DNA from: Alphaproteobacteria bacterium
Lineage (GTDB): Bacteria; Pseudomonadota; Alphaproteobacteria; GCA-2746255
DNA length: 64,000 nt
Reading direction: 5' to 3'
Assembly (NCBI GenBank): GCA_965249135.1
Contig: OZ252220.1
Coordinates: 1,216,001 to 1,280,000, forward strand
Of the stretch, positions 6,706 to 23,726 are shown piece by piece (the stretch's first letter is position 1; every line of letters starts with the position of its first letter). The notes under the pieces are model-generated. The model was given only the letters and a program-made list of their open reading frames with translations, was not told where the DNA came from and searched no databases. The position numbers were made by a program, and so were the translations under genes.

Positions 6706-8517
6706 TCAATCCGTCGCCGTCGATGCCGCCTCGCCGGCGGCGGCGTCTTCCGACGGTGGTTCGGCCGATCGCTTGTGAACCTTCAGCCGCTGCCACGCCT
6801 CTTCTGTCTCGTCCTCCGCCAACGCGCGTTCGGCCGCCTGCAAATCCGCCTCCCGGGCCGAGCGATGCAGACGATGAAGGGTCTCTTGCCAGCCATCCAA
6901 TGCCCGTTCGGCCGGCGCCTCGGGCCGGACGAAGGCCCCAGTGGCGGCGTAAAAATCGGACGTTCGTAACGGCGCGAGTGCTTCCGAAAAGCCACGCGCT
7001 TCGAGGTGGCTACTTAAGGAATCCGAATCAAGGTCGGGCCGGGTGCCGAAGGCCTCGATGATGGCCTGGCGCAGCCGGTCAAGATCTGGAAGCGGAAAGG
7101 TGAGGCTCCCGAAACGCTCGGCGACCTCGTTATACAGATCGGGATGGTTGAGGACAACCGCAACGAGAATTTGCTGGCACTTCTTCAACGGATCGGGCGG
7201 CGGACCCGCCGCCGGGCTAGCGGCCGATTGATGCGCCTTTTTTCCGCGCGTGCGGTCCCAAAGGCGGGATCGAAAGTCGCTGCGGTAATGGGCCTGGACG
7301 CCGCGATCCCGGATGCGGCGGACGATTTCCTCGAGGCGAAGTTCGAGGGCGGCGCGACGCTCCGGTGTGTCGGCGGGCCGCTCGCTGAGGCTTGCCTCCC
7401 AGAGCATGTCGGCCAAGGGCCGCGCCTGCTCGAGGCGTTGCAATACCGCATCCGCACCGCTGGCTTGAAGCAGGCTCGCCGGATCCTCGCCGGCAGGCAG
7501 CGTCGCGAAGCGAAGGGAACGGCCGGCGCTCAACAGCGGCACCGCGCGTTCCGCGGCACGCAGCGCAGCCCTCGCACCGGCGGCATCGCCGTCGAAGCAG
7601 AGCACCGGCTCCGGCGCAAGCCGCCACAGTTCGCCAATCTGGTTCTCGGTCAGCGCCGTGCCAAGCGGCGCCACCGCGTTCCGCATGCCCGCCCGGTGAA
7701 GCGCAAGGACGTCGATGTAGCCTTCCGTGACGATGACCTCGCGGCGACGGCGCGCCATCTCCTTTGCCGCCGCAAAGCCGTAAAGGACGCTGCCTTTGCT
7801 GAAGAGCCGCGTCTCCGGCGAATTGATGTATTTCGCAATCCTGTCCCCCGCCTCGCCGAAGATGCGACCGCCAAAGGCGATAATACGCCCGCGGCGATCC
7901 GCAATCGGAAAGACGATGCGCTGGCGAAAGCGTTCATAGGGCTTGCTCGGGGGATCCACCGCCACCAGCAAGCCTGCCTCCAGCATTTCCTTTTCCGAGA
8001 AGCCCGCGCCCTCAAGGGCGGCCTTCATCAAGCCCCGGCCTTCGGGTGCGAAGCCCACGCGAAAGGCGCGCAGCGTCGCCTCGTCGAGGCCGCGTTGTTT
8101 CAAATAGTTAAGCGGGCCTGCGCCGCGCGGACCGAAGAGTTCGGTAACGCACCACCGGGCCGCCGCCTCGTGGACCTCGATCAGGCGGTCGGTTTCCCTG
8201 GCACGCGAGGCGGCCTCGGGGTCCGGTTTCGGCATCGCCAGACCGGCGAGACCCGCCAGCCGTTCGACGGCTTCCGGAAAGGGAAGGCCGCCTTGCTGCA
8301 TTTCGAAGGCGATGACGTCGCCATGGGCCCCACAGCCGAAGCAATGGTAGAAGCCCTTGTCCTCGTTCACGGTGAAGGAGGGTGTCTTTTCCTTATGGAA
8401 GGGGCAGAGGCCGACATGCTCGCGGCCGCGGCGCTTCAACGCTACGTGACGGCCAATTACATCGGAAAGCGGCACCCGGTCGCGAATCTCGTCAAGAAAC
8501 TGGGCCGAGAAGTTCAT
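6706..8517 (-). CDS. dnaG: DNA primase
   Basis: CPFH...CFGC zinc ribbon, KYINSPET, EGYID, CFDGD TOPRIM motifs. Confidence 0.98.
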   Translation of the reverse strand: MNFSAQFLDEIRDRVPLSDVIGRHVALKRRGREHVGLCPFHKEKTPSFTVNEDKGFYHCFGCGAHGDVIAFEMQQGGLPFPEAVERLAGLAGLAMPKPDPEAASRARETDRLIEVHEAAARWCVTELFGPRGAGPLNYLKQRGLDEATLRAFRVGFAPEGRGLMKAALEGAGFSEKEMLEAGLLVAVDPPSKPYERFRQRIVFPIADRRGRIIAFGGRIFGEAGDRIAKYINSPETRLFSKGSVLYGFAAAKEMARRRREVIVTEGYIDVLALHRAGMRNAVAPLGTALTENQIGELWRLAPEPVLCFDGDAAGARAALRAAERAVPLLSAGRSLRFATLPAGEDPASLLQASGADAVLQRLEQARPLADMLWEASLSERPADTPERRAALELRLEEIVRRIRDRGVQAHYRSDFRSRLWDRTRGKKAHQSAASPAAGPPPDPLKKCQQILVAVVLNHPDLYNEVAERFGSLTFPLPDLDRLRQAIIEAFGTRPDLDSDSLSSHLEARGFSEALAPLRTSDFYAATGAFVRPEAPAERALDGWQETLHRLHRSAREADLQAAERALAEDETEEAWQRLKVHKRSAEPPSEDAAAGEAASTATD

Positions 8518-8571
8518 CTGGCGTCGATCCGTCCCACCTACTTCAAGGGCCTTCCCCAAAGGGCAAGCACC

Positions 8572-9027
8572 TTAACCTAGCATTTCTTTTACGATGCCGT
8601 TCGCTTGCGCGAAATTCATTTGCCCGGCGTAGCGTTCACGAAGGGCCGCCATCACGCGGCCCATGTCCTTCAGGCTGGAAGCCTCCGCCTCCTCGACGAC
8701 CGCCTCGACCGCCTTGCGGAGCTCGTCCCCGTCCATCTGTTTGGGGAGGAAGGTGTTGATGACCTCAACCTCGGCACGCTCGCGGTCCGCCAAGTCCTGA
8801 CGGCCCCCCTGGACGTAAAGCGTGATCGATTCGTCGCGCTGCTTCACCATCTTCTGCAGCAGCTGCAGGATTTCCTTCTCATCGAGGCCTTCGTCGCCAC
8901 GCTCCGGCCGCACGGCAATGTCCCGATCCTTCAATGCGGCAAGGATCAGGCGAATCGTCGAGAGTGCAACTTTGTCCTGCGATTTGAGCGAGGACCTGAG
9001 CGCCTCATTCAACTGGGTGCGCAGCAT
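8572..9027 (-). CDS. GatB/YqeY domain protein
   Basis: STIRLILAALKD, KMVKQRDES, FLPKQM, KDMGRVM; upstream of dnaG. Confidence 0.93.
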   Translation of the reverse strand: MLRTQLNEALRSSLKSQDKVALSTIRLILAALKDRDIAVRPERGDEGLDEKEILQLLQKMVKQRDESITLYVQGGRQDLADRERAEVEVINTFLPKQMDGDELRKAVEAVVEEAEASSLKDMGRVMAALRERYAGQMNFAQANGIVKEMLG

Positions 9028-9117
9028 GCAGTCGAAAGCCGAAAATGTACGGACATGATTGCGGAAACCTCCGACGTTACAGGAATTGGATCGGCTTGGC
9101 AACCGTCGGAAATTTGA

Positions 9118-9130
9118 TAAGCGATTGATA
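9118..9130. promoter_or_regulatory. IHF-consensus site in the yqeY/carA divergent promoter region
   Basis: TAAGCGATTGATA matches YAANNNNTTGATW; a TTGACG -35-like element lies at 9159. Confidence 0.5.
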
Positions 9131-9328
9131 TGAAAATGCTTTTTAGGGCGGTGGCCTCTTGACGACGGCACGGCTTTTGCTTAAGTAACGCCGGGTCCCC
9201 TGAAAAACCCGCCCGATCCAAGGCGCCGGCACGTCCGAAACTGCGCTCCTTTGAGCCGGATCGGCTGCGCCTCTCCGAACGGGCCCTTGAGACGGACGAC
9301 GCATGGCTTACGGAACGATCCGGTAACG

Positions 9329-10508
9329 ATGACGCTTGCCCAGCCGAAGCGGAGCTTGCGTGCAGACGGGAGTCCACCTCCCGGGGCGAGCGCCGTATTG
9401 GTGCTGGAGGACGGCCACGTGCTGTGGGGAAGCGGCATGGGGGCCACCGGCTGGGCGGTCGGCGAGGTCTGTTTCAACACGGCGATCACCGGCTATCAGG
9501 AAATCCTCACGGATCCCTCCTATGCCGGCCAGATCATCACCTTCACCTTTCCCCATATCGGCAATGTCGGCACGAATGCGCAAGACCGGGAGCGCGCGCA
9601 CCCCTTTGCGCGCGGCTTCGTGCTGCGCGGGGAGATCCCGGAGCCCTCGAGCTTCCGGAGCGAGGCCCATCTGGATAGCTGGGCGAAGGCGGAAGGCCTG
9701 ATCGGGATTGCAAACGTGGATACCCGCCGCCTCACCCGCCGCATCCGGGACGTGGGCGCGCCCAGGGCTGCGATCGGCTTTCCGGCGGACGGCCGGTTCG
9801 ACCTTGAGGCCCTTGGCGAGGCGGCCCGGGCGTGGCCGGGCCTGGAGGGCATGGACCTGGCGCGCGAAGTGACGGCGGGTGAGCCTTACGACTGGGACGA
9901 GACCTGCTGGCGGTTAGGCCGCGGCCATGGCCGGCAGCAGGCGCCCAGCCACCATATCGTCGCCATCGATTACGGGGCGAAGTGGAACATCCTGCGCTCG
10001 CTCGCCAATGCAGGTGCCCGCATCACCGTGCTGCCGGCAACAGTGGATGCGACTGAGATCCTAAGCCACAAGCCGGACGGCATCTTCCTTTCGAACGGAC
10101 CCGGCGATCCGGCGGCGACCGGGGCGTACGCCGTGCCGGTGTTGCAGGACCTGATCGCCTCGGGCGTGCCGATCTTCGGCATCTGCCTTGGCCATCAGTT
10201 GCTGGCGCTCAGCCTGGGTGCTGCGACGGAGAAGATGTTCCTCGGCCACCGGGGTGCGAACCATCCGGTGAAGGATCTGGAAACCGGGCGGATCGAGATC
10301 ACCAGCCAGAACCACGGCTTCGTCGTGGTGAAGGAAAGCCTGCCGAAGGGGGTCGCGATGTCCCACGCCTCGCTCTTCGACGCCTCGCTCGAGGGGCTTA
10401 ACGTCAAGGGCAAGCCGATCTTCTCGGTCCAGTACCACCCGGAGGCCTCGCCCGGCCCCCACGACAGCCACCATCTGTTCGAGCGGTTCCTGGAACGGAT
10501 CAAACGCC

Positions 10509-10516
<8 letters not shown>
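9329..10516 (+). CDS. carA: Carbamoyl-phosphate synthase small subunit
   Basis: [35 protein letters not shown]. Confidence 0.98.
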
Positions 10517-13766
<3,250 letters not shown>

Positions 13767-13849
13767 GGCCTGCCGGAGAACCCGGAAAGTTCAAAGCCCC
13801 TTGCCAATGGCAGTTTCCATGAGCGGGGGGCAGGAGCCGCTTTTTCGCA

Positions 13850-14323
13850 ATGGACAAGATTCCCATGACTGGATCGGGGCTGGAGCGCCTTCAGGGGGAA
13901 CTGAAGCAGCTCAAGTCCGTCGATCGACCGGAGGTGATCCAGCAGATCGCCGAGGCGCGCGACCATGGCGATCTTTCCGAAAACGCCGAATACCACGCGG
14001 CCCGCGAACGGCAAGCCTTCGTCGAAGGCCGCATCGCCGAGATCGAGGAGATCACCAGCCGGGCCGAGGTCATCGACGTCAGCAAGCTTTCCGGGAAGTC
14101 GATCAAGTTCGGCGCGACGGTGAAACTTGTCGATGAGGACACCGACGAGAAGGTGACCTACCAGATCGTCGGCGCCGACGAATCGGACATCAAGGATGGG
14201 TTGCTCTCCGTCTCTTCGCCTTTAGCCCGCGCGTTGATCGGCAAAGAGAAGGGCAATTTCGTCGAGGTTACGACGCCCGCCGGTTCGAAATCCTACGAAA
14301 TTCTTTCGGTGAAATTCCGCTAA
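13850..14323 (+). CDS. greA: Transcription elongation factor GreA
   Basis: [25 protein letters not shown]. Confidence 0.98.
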   Translation: MDKIPMTGSGLERLQGELKQLKSVDRPEVIQQIAEARDHGDLSENAEYHAARERQAFVEGRIAEIEEITSRAEVIDVSKLSGKSIKFGATVKLVDEDTDEKVTYQIVGADESDIKDGLLSVSSPLARALIGKEKGNFVEVTTPAGSKSYEILSVKFR

Positions 14324-14353
14324 GGTCCAGCGGCGAAAAAGCGTTGCGTGGCT

Positions 14354-14899
14354 TTATGCGCTTTTTTTCTTGGCGGCGAGGCTTGCGTGCGCGGGCGGGG
14401 CGCTTCCCCGTTTCGGCGGCCCCGCATCCACGTCGATCGGAACGCCCGGCAGGCATTTCGAGGAGCGGATGGCGAGCGCCGATTTCACGTGGCTGACATT
14501 CGGCGCCGGCGTGAGCTGGGTGGTGAGAAAGCGCTGATAGCTGTCCCAGTCCTCGGCGAAGATCTTGAGCAGGAAATCCGTCTCGCCGGCCAGCATGTGG
14601 CACTCGCTGACTTCCGACCAGCCACCGACCAGGGCCTCGAAGGCTTCGAGATCCGATTCGGCCTGGCTCGACAACCCCACCTGGGCAAAGACGATGACGC
14701 CGAAGCCAAGCGCGTCGGCATCGACATCGGCGTGGTAGCCGCGGATGTAGCCCGCCTTCTCCAGCGCCCGGACCCGGCGAAGGCAAGGCGGCGGTGAAAT
14801 GCCGACGCGTTTGGCGAGATCGACGTTCGTCATGCGGCCCTTCGCTTGCAGATCGCGAAGAATCTGGCGGTCGATCCGGTCAAGTTTCACTCGCGCCAC
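14354..14899 (-). CDS. Lrp/AsnC family transcriptional regulator
   Basis: LDRIDRQIL...GRMTNVDLAKRVGISPPPCLRRVRALE HTH plus RAM domain. Confidence 0.95.
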   Translation of the reverse strand: MARVKLDRIDRQILRDLQAKGRMTNVDLAKRVGISPPPCLRRVRALEKAGYIRGYHADVDADALGFGVIVFAQVGLSSQAESDLEAFEALVGGWSEVSECHMLAGETDFLLKIFAEDWDSYQRFLTTQLTPAPNVSHVKSALAIRSSKCLPGVPIDVDAGPPKRGSAPPAHASLAAKKKSA

Positions 14900-15064
14900 G
14901 GTTCGAAGGCTCCCTATTTTCGGAAAAAATTGAAATTATATTACTCGATCTTACCCGATGATTGCGGGAAGGCAAGCGGGCAATTAGGCTTTGCGTTTCC
15001 AAAAGCAAGGTGGCTTCGCCCCTACCTATCCGCGAGCCTGCCGCTGTATGCTGCGGGCAGGGCG

Positions 15065-16018
15065 ATGACCAAAAAAAGCTGCTGGATCCTCACGGAAGGC
15101 ATGGCGGGCACCGAGAATCAGTGTCTCGGCTTGGCCGAGGCCTTGGGGCTTGAGCCGGAAGTAAAACGCATCGCGCTTCGAGCTCCCTGGCGCTGGCTTC
15201 CCGTCGCATCCCTCCCCTGGCCACTCGCCGCCCAAGGCAAGGGCGCCGACCCGTTGCGGCCGCCCTGGCCGGACCTGTTGATCAGCGCCGGCAGGAAAAG
15301 CGTCGCACCCGCGCTTGCCATCAAGGCAAAAGCTAAGGGCCGGACCTTCGCCGTCCATCTCCTCAACCCCTACGGACGGAGGCTACGCTTCGACCTCGTC
15401 GCCGTGCCGCGCCACGACCGCATACACGGCAAAAACGTCGTGGTGACGGAAGGCGCGCTCAACCGGATAACGCCCGAGCAGCTTCGATCCGCGTTTGAGA
15501 GCCATGGCGAGCGCCTGGGGAGGATGCAAAAACCCCTGCTTGCCGTTCTTCTGGGAGGGGCGAGCAAACGCTTCCGATTCACGGAGCGGGCGGCCGAGGA
15601 ACTCGGCGTCCTGCTGCGCGCCGTCGCCGCCGAGACCGGCGGGTCGCTCCTGATTACGCCGTCGCGGCGAACGGAAGCGTGGATCATGGTTAAGTTGCGC
15701 GCCGAGCTCGAAGGGCTACCTGCGGAAATCTGGGACGGCACGGGCGACAATCCCTATTTCGCTTATCTCGCGGCGGCAGACGGGATCGTGGTGACGAACG
15801 ATTCCGTCTCGATGGCCTCGGAGGCGGCCACCACCGGCAAGCCGGTCTTTGTCTTTGCCCTCGAAGGGAGGACACGGAAGTTCCGGGATTTCCACGAAAA
15901 TTTGCGGGCCAAAGGCATCACCCGGCCCTTCGATGGCACGTTTGCAAGCTGGGTCTATGAACCGCTCGACGACACGGCGCGAGTGGCGGCAGCGGTGCGC
16001 GCCCGGTGGTCCTCTTAA
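15065..16018 (+). CDS. ELM1/GtrOC1 (mitochondrial fission ELM1-like) putative glycosyltransferase
   Basis: ENQCLGLAEAL, PWPDLLISAGRK, ITPSRRT, DNPYFAYL, VTNDSVSMASEA. Confidence 0.88.
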   Translation: MTKKSCWILTEGMAGTENQCLGLAEALGLEPEVKRIALRAPWRWLPVASLPWPLAAQGKGADPLRPPWPDLLISAGRKSVAPALAIKAKAKGRTFAVHLLNPYGRRLRFDLVAVPRHDRIHGKNVVVTEGALNRITPEQLRSAFESHGERLGRMQKPLLAVLLGGASKRFRFTERAAEELGVLLRAVAAETGGSLLITPSRRTEAWIMVKLRAELEGLPAEIWDGTGDNPYFAYLAAADGIVVTNDSVSMASEAATTGKPVFVFALEGRTRKFRDFHENLRAKGITRPFDGTFASWVYEPLDDTARVAAAVRARWSS

Positions 16019-16095
16019 AGCCGGTTTAAAGGCCGGCCCTTCCTTGTCAGGGTTGGTTGAGAAACTTATGTTAGGTGCCGGAGGCAAGGAGGGGC

Positions 16096-17082
16096 ATGGA
16101 AAGTTTTTCGACGAAGACCCTGATCATCGGCTCCGGTGCCGCCGGTTACACGGCGGCGATCTACGCGACCCGGGCCGGGCTCGAGCCGGTCCTCGTCCAA
16201 GGCATCCAGCCGGGCGGCCAGCTGACCATCACGACGGACGTCGAGAACTATCCGGGCTTTGCCGACGTCGTCCAGGGCCCCTGGCTGATGGAGCAGATGG
16301 AAGCCCAGGCCAAGCATGTCGGCACGAAGATCCTCTCGGACACCATCGTCGAGGTGGACCTTGCAAAACGCCCCTTTGCCTGCACGGGCGATTCCGGCAA
16401 CGCCTATGTGGGTGAGACGCTGATCATCGCGACCGGGGCTCAGGCCCGCTGGCTCGGCCTTGAAAGCGAGAAGAAGTTTCAAGGCTTCGGCGTCTCGGCT
16501 TGCGCGACCTGTGACGGTTTCTTCTTCCGGGACAAGGTGGTCTGCGTCGTCGGCGGCGGCAACACGGCGGTCGAGGAGGCGATGTACCTCACGAACCAGG
16601 CCGGCCAGGTCTTTCTCATTCATCGCCGCGATAAGCTTCGGGCCGACAAGATCCTCCAGGAGCGTCTTTTCCGGAATGCGAAGATCAAGCCCATCTGGAG
16701 TCACGTCGTCGAGGAAATCATCGGCACGGACGGGCCGCCGCCAGGCGTGACGGGCGTGCGCATGCGCGACGTGAAATCGGACGAAAGCCAAGCGCTATCC
16801 GTGGATGGCGTGTTCATCGCCATCGGCCATACGCCGACGACGGGGCTTTTCGAAGGCCAGATCGCGATGGACGGGGAAGGCTACGTTCTTACCGCAGCCG
16901 GCAGCACCCAGACCAGCGTTCCAGGCGTGTTCGCCGCCGGCGACGTGCAGGACAAGATCTACCGCCAGGCGGTCACCGCGGCGGGAACCGGTTGCATGGC
17001 GGCACTGGAGGCGGAAAAGTTTCTTGCCGAAGAGAAAGCGGAAACCGCCGCCGCCAAGACGGTCACCCAGGCGACGGCGTAA
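16096..17082 (+). CDS. trxB: Thioredoxin-disulfide reductase
   Basis: IIGSGAAGYTAA, CATCDG, GGGNTAVEEA, GDVQDKIYRQA. Confidence 0.98.
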   Translation: MESFSTKTLIIGSGAAGYTAAIYATRAGLEPVLVQGIQPGGQLTITTDVENYPGFADVVQGPWLMEQMEAQAKHVGTKILSDTIVEVDLAKRPFACTGDSGNAYVGETLIIATGAQARWLGLESEKKFQGFGVSACATCDGFFFRDKVVCVVGGGNTAVEEAMYLTNQAGQVFLIHRRDKLRADKILQERLFRNAKIKPIWSHVVEEIIGTDGPPPGVTGVRMRDVKSDESQALSVDGVFIAIGHTPTTGLFEGQIAMDGEGYVLTAAGSTQTSVPGVFAAGDVQDKIYRQAVTAAGTGCMAALEAEKFLAEEKAETAAAKTVTQATA

Positions 17083-17103
17083 AGGCGAAACACCGTTTTT
17101 GGT

Positions 17104-18267
17104 CTAGTCGCCTTTCGGCTTGGCTATGCGGTTTTGCAACGCAAGCGTCTTTGCGCGGCGCTCCAGCCACCAGCCATAGGGTTTCGGCCACAGCGCAAAA
17201 TCGGGATCGACACCCAGCTCAGCTGCGGCGTGCAACGGCCAGTTCGGATCGAAGAGAAGCTCGCGGGCAAGGGCAACGAAATCCGCCTGGCCTTCGCTTA
17301 CGATCGCCTCGGCCTGGCGCGCTTCGCAGATGAGGCCGACGGCGACGGTGGCGATCCCACTTTCCTTTCGCACGCGTTCCGCGAAGGGTACTTGGTAACC
17401 CGGGCCTTGGGGGATGGTCATGAGCGAGACCGGCCCGGTCATGCCGCCCGACGAGCAGACGAGCGCATCGACGCCACGCGTCTTCAATGCGCGGGCGAGT
17501 TCGACCGTATCGTCGAGCGTCCAGCCGCCCTCGGCCCAGTCCGTCGCCGAACAGCGGAAGAAAAGCGGCCGGTCGTCCGGCCACGCCTCGCGAACGCCTT
17601 CCGTGACCTCCAACGCAAACCGCATCCGATTGGCAAGGCCGCCCCCATACGCATCCTCCCGCCGGTTCGAAAGCGGCGAGAGGAACTGGTGGATGAGGAA
17701 ACCGTGGCCGCCGTATATCTCGGCAATATCGAAGCCGGCCTCGGCCGCGCGGTGGGTTGCGGCACGAAAGGCGTCCTTGACGCGCGCGATCCCTTCTTGA
17801 TCGAGGGCTTCGGGCACGACCCAGCCTTCACTGACCGGGATCGCGGAAGGGGCAACGAGCGGCCACGGCCCTTCGCTGCGCGCGGCGTCCGCTTCGCCGA
17901 GTGGGCCTTTGCCCTCCCAGACGCGTTGCTCAGCCCCCTTGCGACCGCAATGGTTGAGTTGGATGCCGGCGAGCGCGCCGTGCGACTGCACGAAATTCGC
18001 GATTCGTTTAAGCGGCGGGACGTGGTCGTCCGTCCAGATGCCAAGATCGCCGTGGGTGCGCCTGACGCGCGCATCAACGGCGGCGGCTTCCGTGAAAACG
18101 ATTCCGGCGCCGCCCAGCGCGAACTTTCCCAGATGAACGAAATGCCAGTCGTTCGCCAAGCCTTCCTTGGCGGAGTACTGGCTCATCGGAGAAACGACGA
18201 CGCGGTTTCGCGCCGTCCTGCCCCGTAGGCGGCAAGGCTCGAAAAGGGCGCACACGGGTTCGTTCAT
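17104..18267 (-). CDS. NADH:flavin oxidoreductase (YqjM/NamA-like Old Yellow Enzyme)
   Basis: RNRVVVSPMSQYSA, HGFLIHQFLSPLSNRREDAYGG, GPGYQVPFAE. Confidence 0.92.
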   Translation of the reverse strand: MNEPVCALFEPCRLRGRTARNRVVVSPMSQYSAKEGLANDWHFVHLGKFALGGAGIVFTEAAAVDARVRRTHGDLGIWTDDHVPPLKRIANFVQSHGALAGIQLNHCGRKGAEQRVWEGKGPLGEADAARSEGPWPLVAPSAIPVSEGWVVPEALDQEGIARVKDAFRAATHRAAEAGFDIAEIYGGHGFLIHQFLSPLSNRREDAYGGGLANRMRFALEVTEGVREAWPDDRPLFFRCSATDWAEGGWTLDDTVELARALKTRGVDALVCSSGGMTGPVSLMTIPQGPGYQVPFAERVRKESGIATVAVGLICEARQAEAIVSEGQADFVALARELLFDPNWPLHAAAELGVDPDFALWPKPYGWWLERRAKTLALQNRIAKPKGD

Positions 18268-18303
18268 CCGTTTTAAAGTGCGATCTAACCGGGGGACCCC
18301 GGT

Positions 18304-19293
18304 TTACATGAAGAGCGGCTCGTCCTCCAGGCCTTTGTACAGGTCGGCGACGAATTCGCCGTAGCCGTTGTAAGGCTGGGTCGGGGTTACGTCCAACGTT
18401 CCCAGCACGCGCTCCTGGGCCTGGGACCAGCGCGGATGCGGCACTTCCGGATTGACGTTCGCCCAGAACCCGTATTCGCGAGGCGCCACCTTTTCCCAAA
18501 ACGTGCCTACGCGTTCGGCTGCGAAGGTGAAGCGAACGATCGACTTGATGGATTTGAAGCCGTACTTCCAGGGAACCGCGAGCCGCAAAGGCGCGCCGTT
18601 CTGCGGCAGCACCGGTTTTCCGTAAGCCCCGGTGACGAGGAAGCTAAGCTCGTTGCGCGCCTCTTCCATGGTCAGCGCCTCGACATAGGGCCAGGGATAC
18701 CAGTGCTGCTTCTGACCGGCGGCAATTTCCGGATCGAGGAAGGTTTCCATAAGCACGTATTTCGCCTTCGCCGAGGGACGCGCGAAATCGATCAACGCGC
18801 GCATCGCAAAACCGCTCCACGGGACGACCATCGACCAGGCCTCGACGCAGCGGTGCCGGTAGACGCGTTCTTCCAGCGGCATCCTTTCTAAGAGATCGTC
18901 GATGCCGATCCGAATCGGCTTTTCGACGAGCCCATCGAGGACGACCGTCCAGGGGCGTGTTTTGAGCGCCTGGGCCGCCGCGTGGATGTTTTTGTGGGAG
19001 CCGAATTCGTAGAAATTGTTGTAGGCGGTGACGAATTTCTCAGCCGTCAGCGCGCGGGTGTGCGTGTAGCGGGGGTTGCGCTCGAAGGGATAGAGATGGG
19101 CGCTTGGATCCGGCTTCGGCATCGCCAGGCCGGCCAGGGCGAGCCTGTTCAAGGGCGCAAGCAGCGGCGAGGCGGCGGCCAGGATCGAGCCGGCGGCAAG
19201 GTTGCGCATCAATGCGCGCCGGGTGCGGAAGATGGACTCCGGGGTTGCCTCCCGGTCGGGCAGTTCCCAGCCACGTTTTACGTGCAGGTTCAT
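18304..19293 (-). CDS. msrP: Protein-methionine-sulfoxide reductase catalytic subunit MsrP
   Basis: Tat signal RRALM, YNNFYEFG, RHRCVEAWS, PWKYGFKSIKSI, HPRWSQA. Confidence 0.96.
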   Translation of the reverse strand: MNLHVKRGWELPDREATPESIFRTRRALMRNLAAGSILAAASPLLAPLNRLALAGLAMPKPDPSAHLYPFERNPRYTHTRALTAEKFVTAYNNFYEFGSHKNIHAAAQALKTRPWTVVLDGLVEKPIRIGIDDLLERMPLEERVYRHRCVEAWSMVVPWSGFAMRALIDFARPSAKAKYVLMETFLDPEIAAGQKQHWYPWPYVEALTMEEARNELSFLVTGAYGKPVLPQNGAPLRLAVPWKYGFKSIKSIVRFTFAAERVGTFWEKVAPREYGFWANVNPEVPHPRWSQAQERVLGTLDVTPTQPYNGYGEFVADLYKGLEDEPLFM

Positions 19294-19374
19294 CCTTCTA
19301 TTCTTCGCCTCCTGCCAAGAGACTTAAGGGCGTGGCCGCGGCGTCTCAACTCAACTTCCCGTGAGAGGTTCACT

Positions 19375-20580
<1,206 letters not shown>

Positions 20581-20645
20581 TCACTTATCTCCTGTTCAAC
20601 TGCCGGCTCTTTGAAGGTAACCGGGCCGAGGGTAAGGGGCCAAGG

Positions 20646-21452
20646 TTAACGCCCTTTGAAGGGACCGGGTTTGCGCTTCTCGAGAAAGGCGGTGACCGCC
20701 TCGCGATGGTCTTCCGTTTTGTGGCAAATGGATTGCAGAACGGACGCGGCATCGAGCATCTCATCGAGGCCGGCCGAGTGAGACTGGCGCATCAGGATTT
20801 TCAGGAAGCGGACCGCCACCTGGGGCCGCGAGGCGATGTGGCGCGCCAGCTCAAAAGCCCGCGGCAGGAGTTCATCCGGCTCCAAGCATTCCAGGACAAG
20901 GCCGATTTCCTGGGCCTCCCTGCCGCCTACCGTGCGCCCCGTCAGCATAAGCTCGGCTGCCCGCTGGACGCCTACGATGCGCGGCAGCACCCAGGCGCCG
21001 CCATCGCCCGGTATGAGGCCGAGATTGACGAAGGCCGCCGAAAACTGCGCCTCCGTCGAGGCCAGGGTGAGATCGCAGAAAAGGGCAAAGTCGCAACCGG
21101 CACCGATGGCCGGCCCCTGCACGGCGGCGATCGTCGGCACGTTCAACAAGTAAAGCGCCTTCGGCAGCCGTTGAATGCCATGGACGTATTTCTTCTGGAT
21201 CTCCGGCGACGTGCCGCCATAGGGGCCTTGGGGGTCGAGAATCTCATGCAGATTGCCGCCGGCGGAGAACGCCTTGCCTTCGGCGGAAATCACCAGCACG
21301 CGGGCTTGCGTGCCGGTTTCCACGCGGTCCAGCACGTCGAGGATCTCTTCGACGAGGCCGCCGACGGCAAGCGCGTTTCGGGTGTCGTCGCGGGCCAGCA
21401 CCAGATGGCCAACGCCGTCTTGAGCGGAAAATTTCACATGCTCGTAAGCCAT
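20646..21452 (-). CDS. Enoyl-CoA hydratase/isomerase (crotonase) family
   Basis: AFSAGGNL, PTIAAVQGPAIGAGCD, LIPGDGG, AFLEKRKP. Confidence 0.92.
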   Translation of the reverse strand: MAYEHVKFSAQDGVGHLVLARDDTRNALAVGGLVEEILDVLDRVETGTQARVLVISAEGKAFSAGGNLHEILDPQGPYGGTSPEIQKKYVHGIQRLPKALYLLNVPTIAAVQGPAIGAGCDFALFCDLTLASTEAQFSAAFVNLGLIPGDGGAWVLPRIVGVQRAAELMLTGRTVGGREAQEIGLVLECLEPDELLPRAFELARHIASRPQVAVRFLKILMRQSHSAGLDEMLDAASVLQSICHKTEDHREAVTAFLEKRKPGPFKGR

Positions 21453-21584
21453 GGCCGATAGCGCCCCGGAAAAGGGCCCGGAAAAGGATAGTGAAGGACG
21501 GCGCCAGTTTAGCGGGCCTTTCCCGCCCTTACCACCGGCCGCGCCGGGGTGGCCAGGGACGCCGGGTAGCGCCTAAAGTGGCCC

Positions 21585-23722
<2,138 letters not shown>

Positions 23723-23726
<4 letters not shown>

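Noticed and set aside
7477-7485. DnaG DPD motif reads DPA
   Set aside because: DPA variants occur in functional primases and all other catalytic motifs are intact
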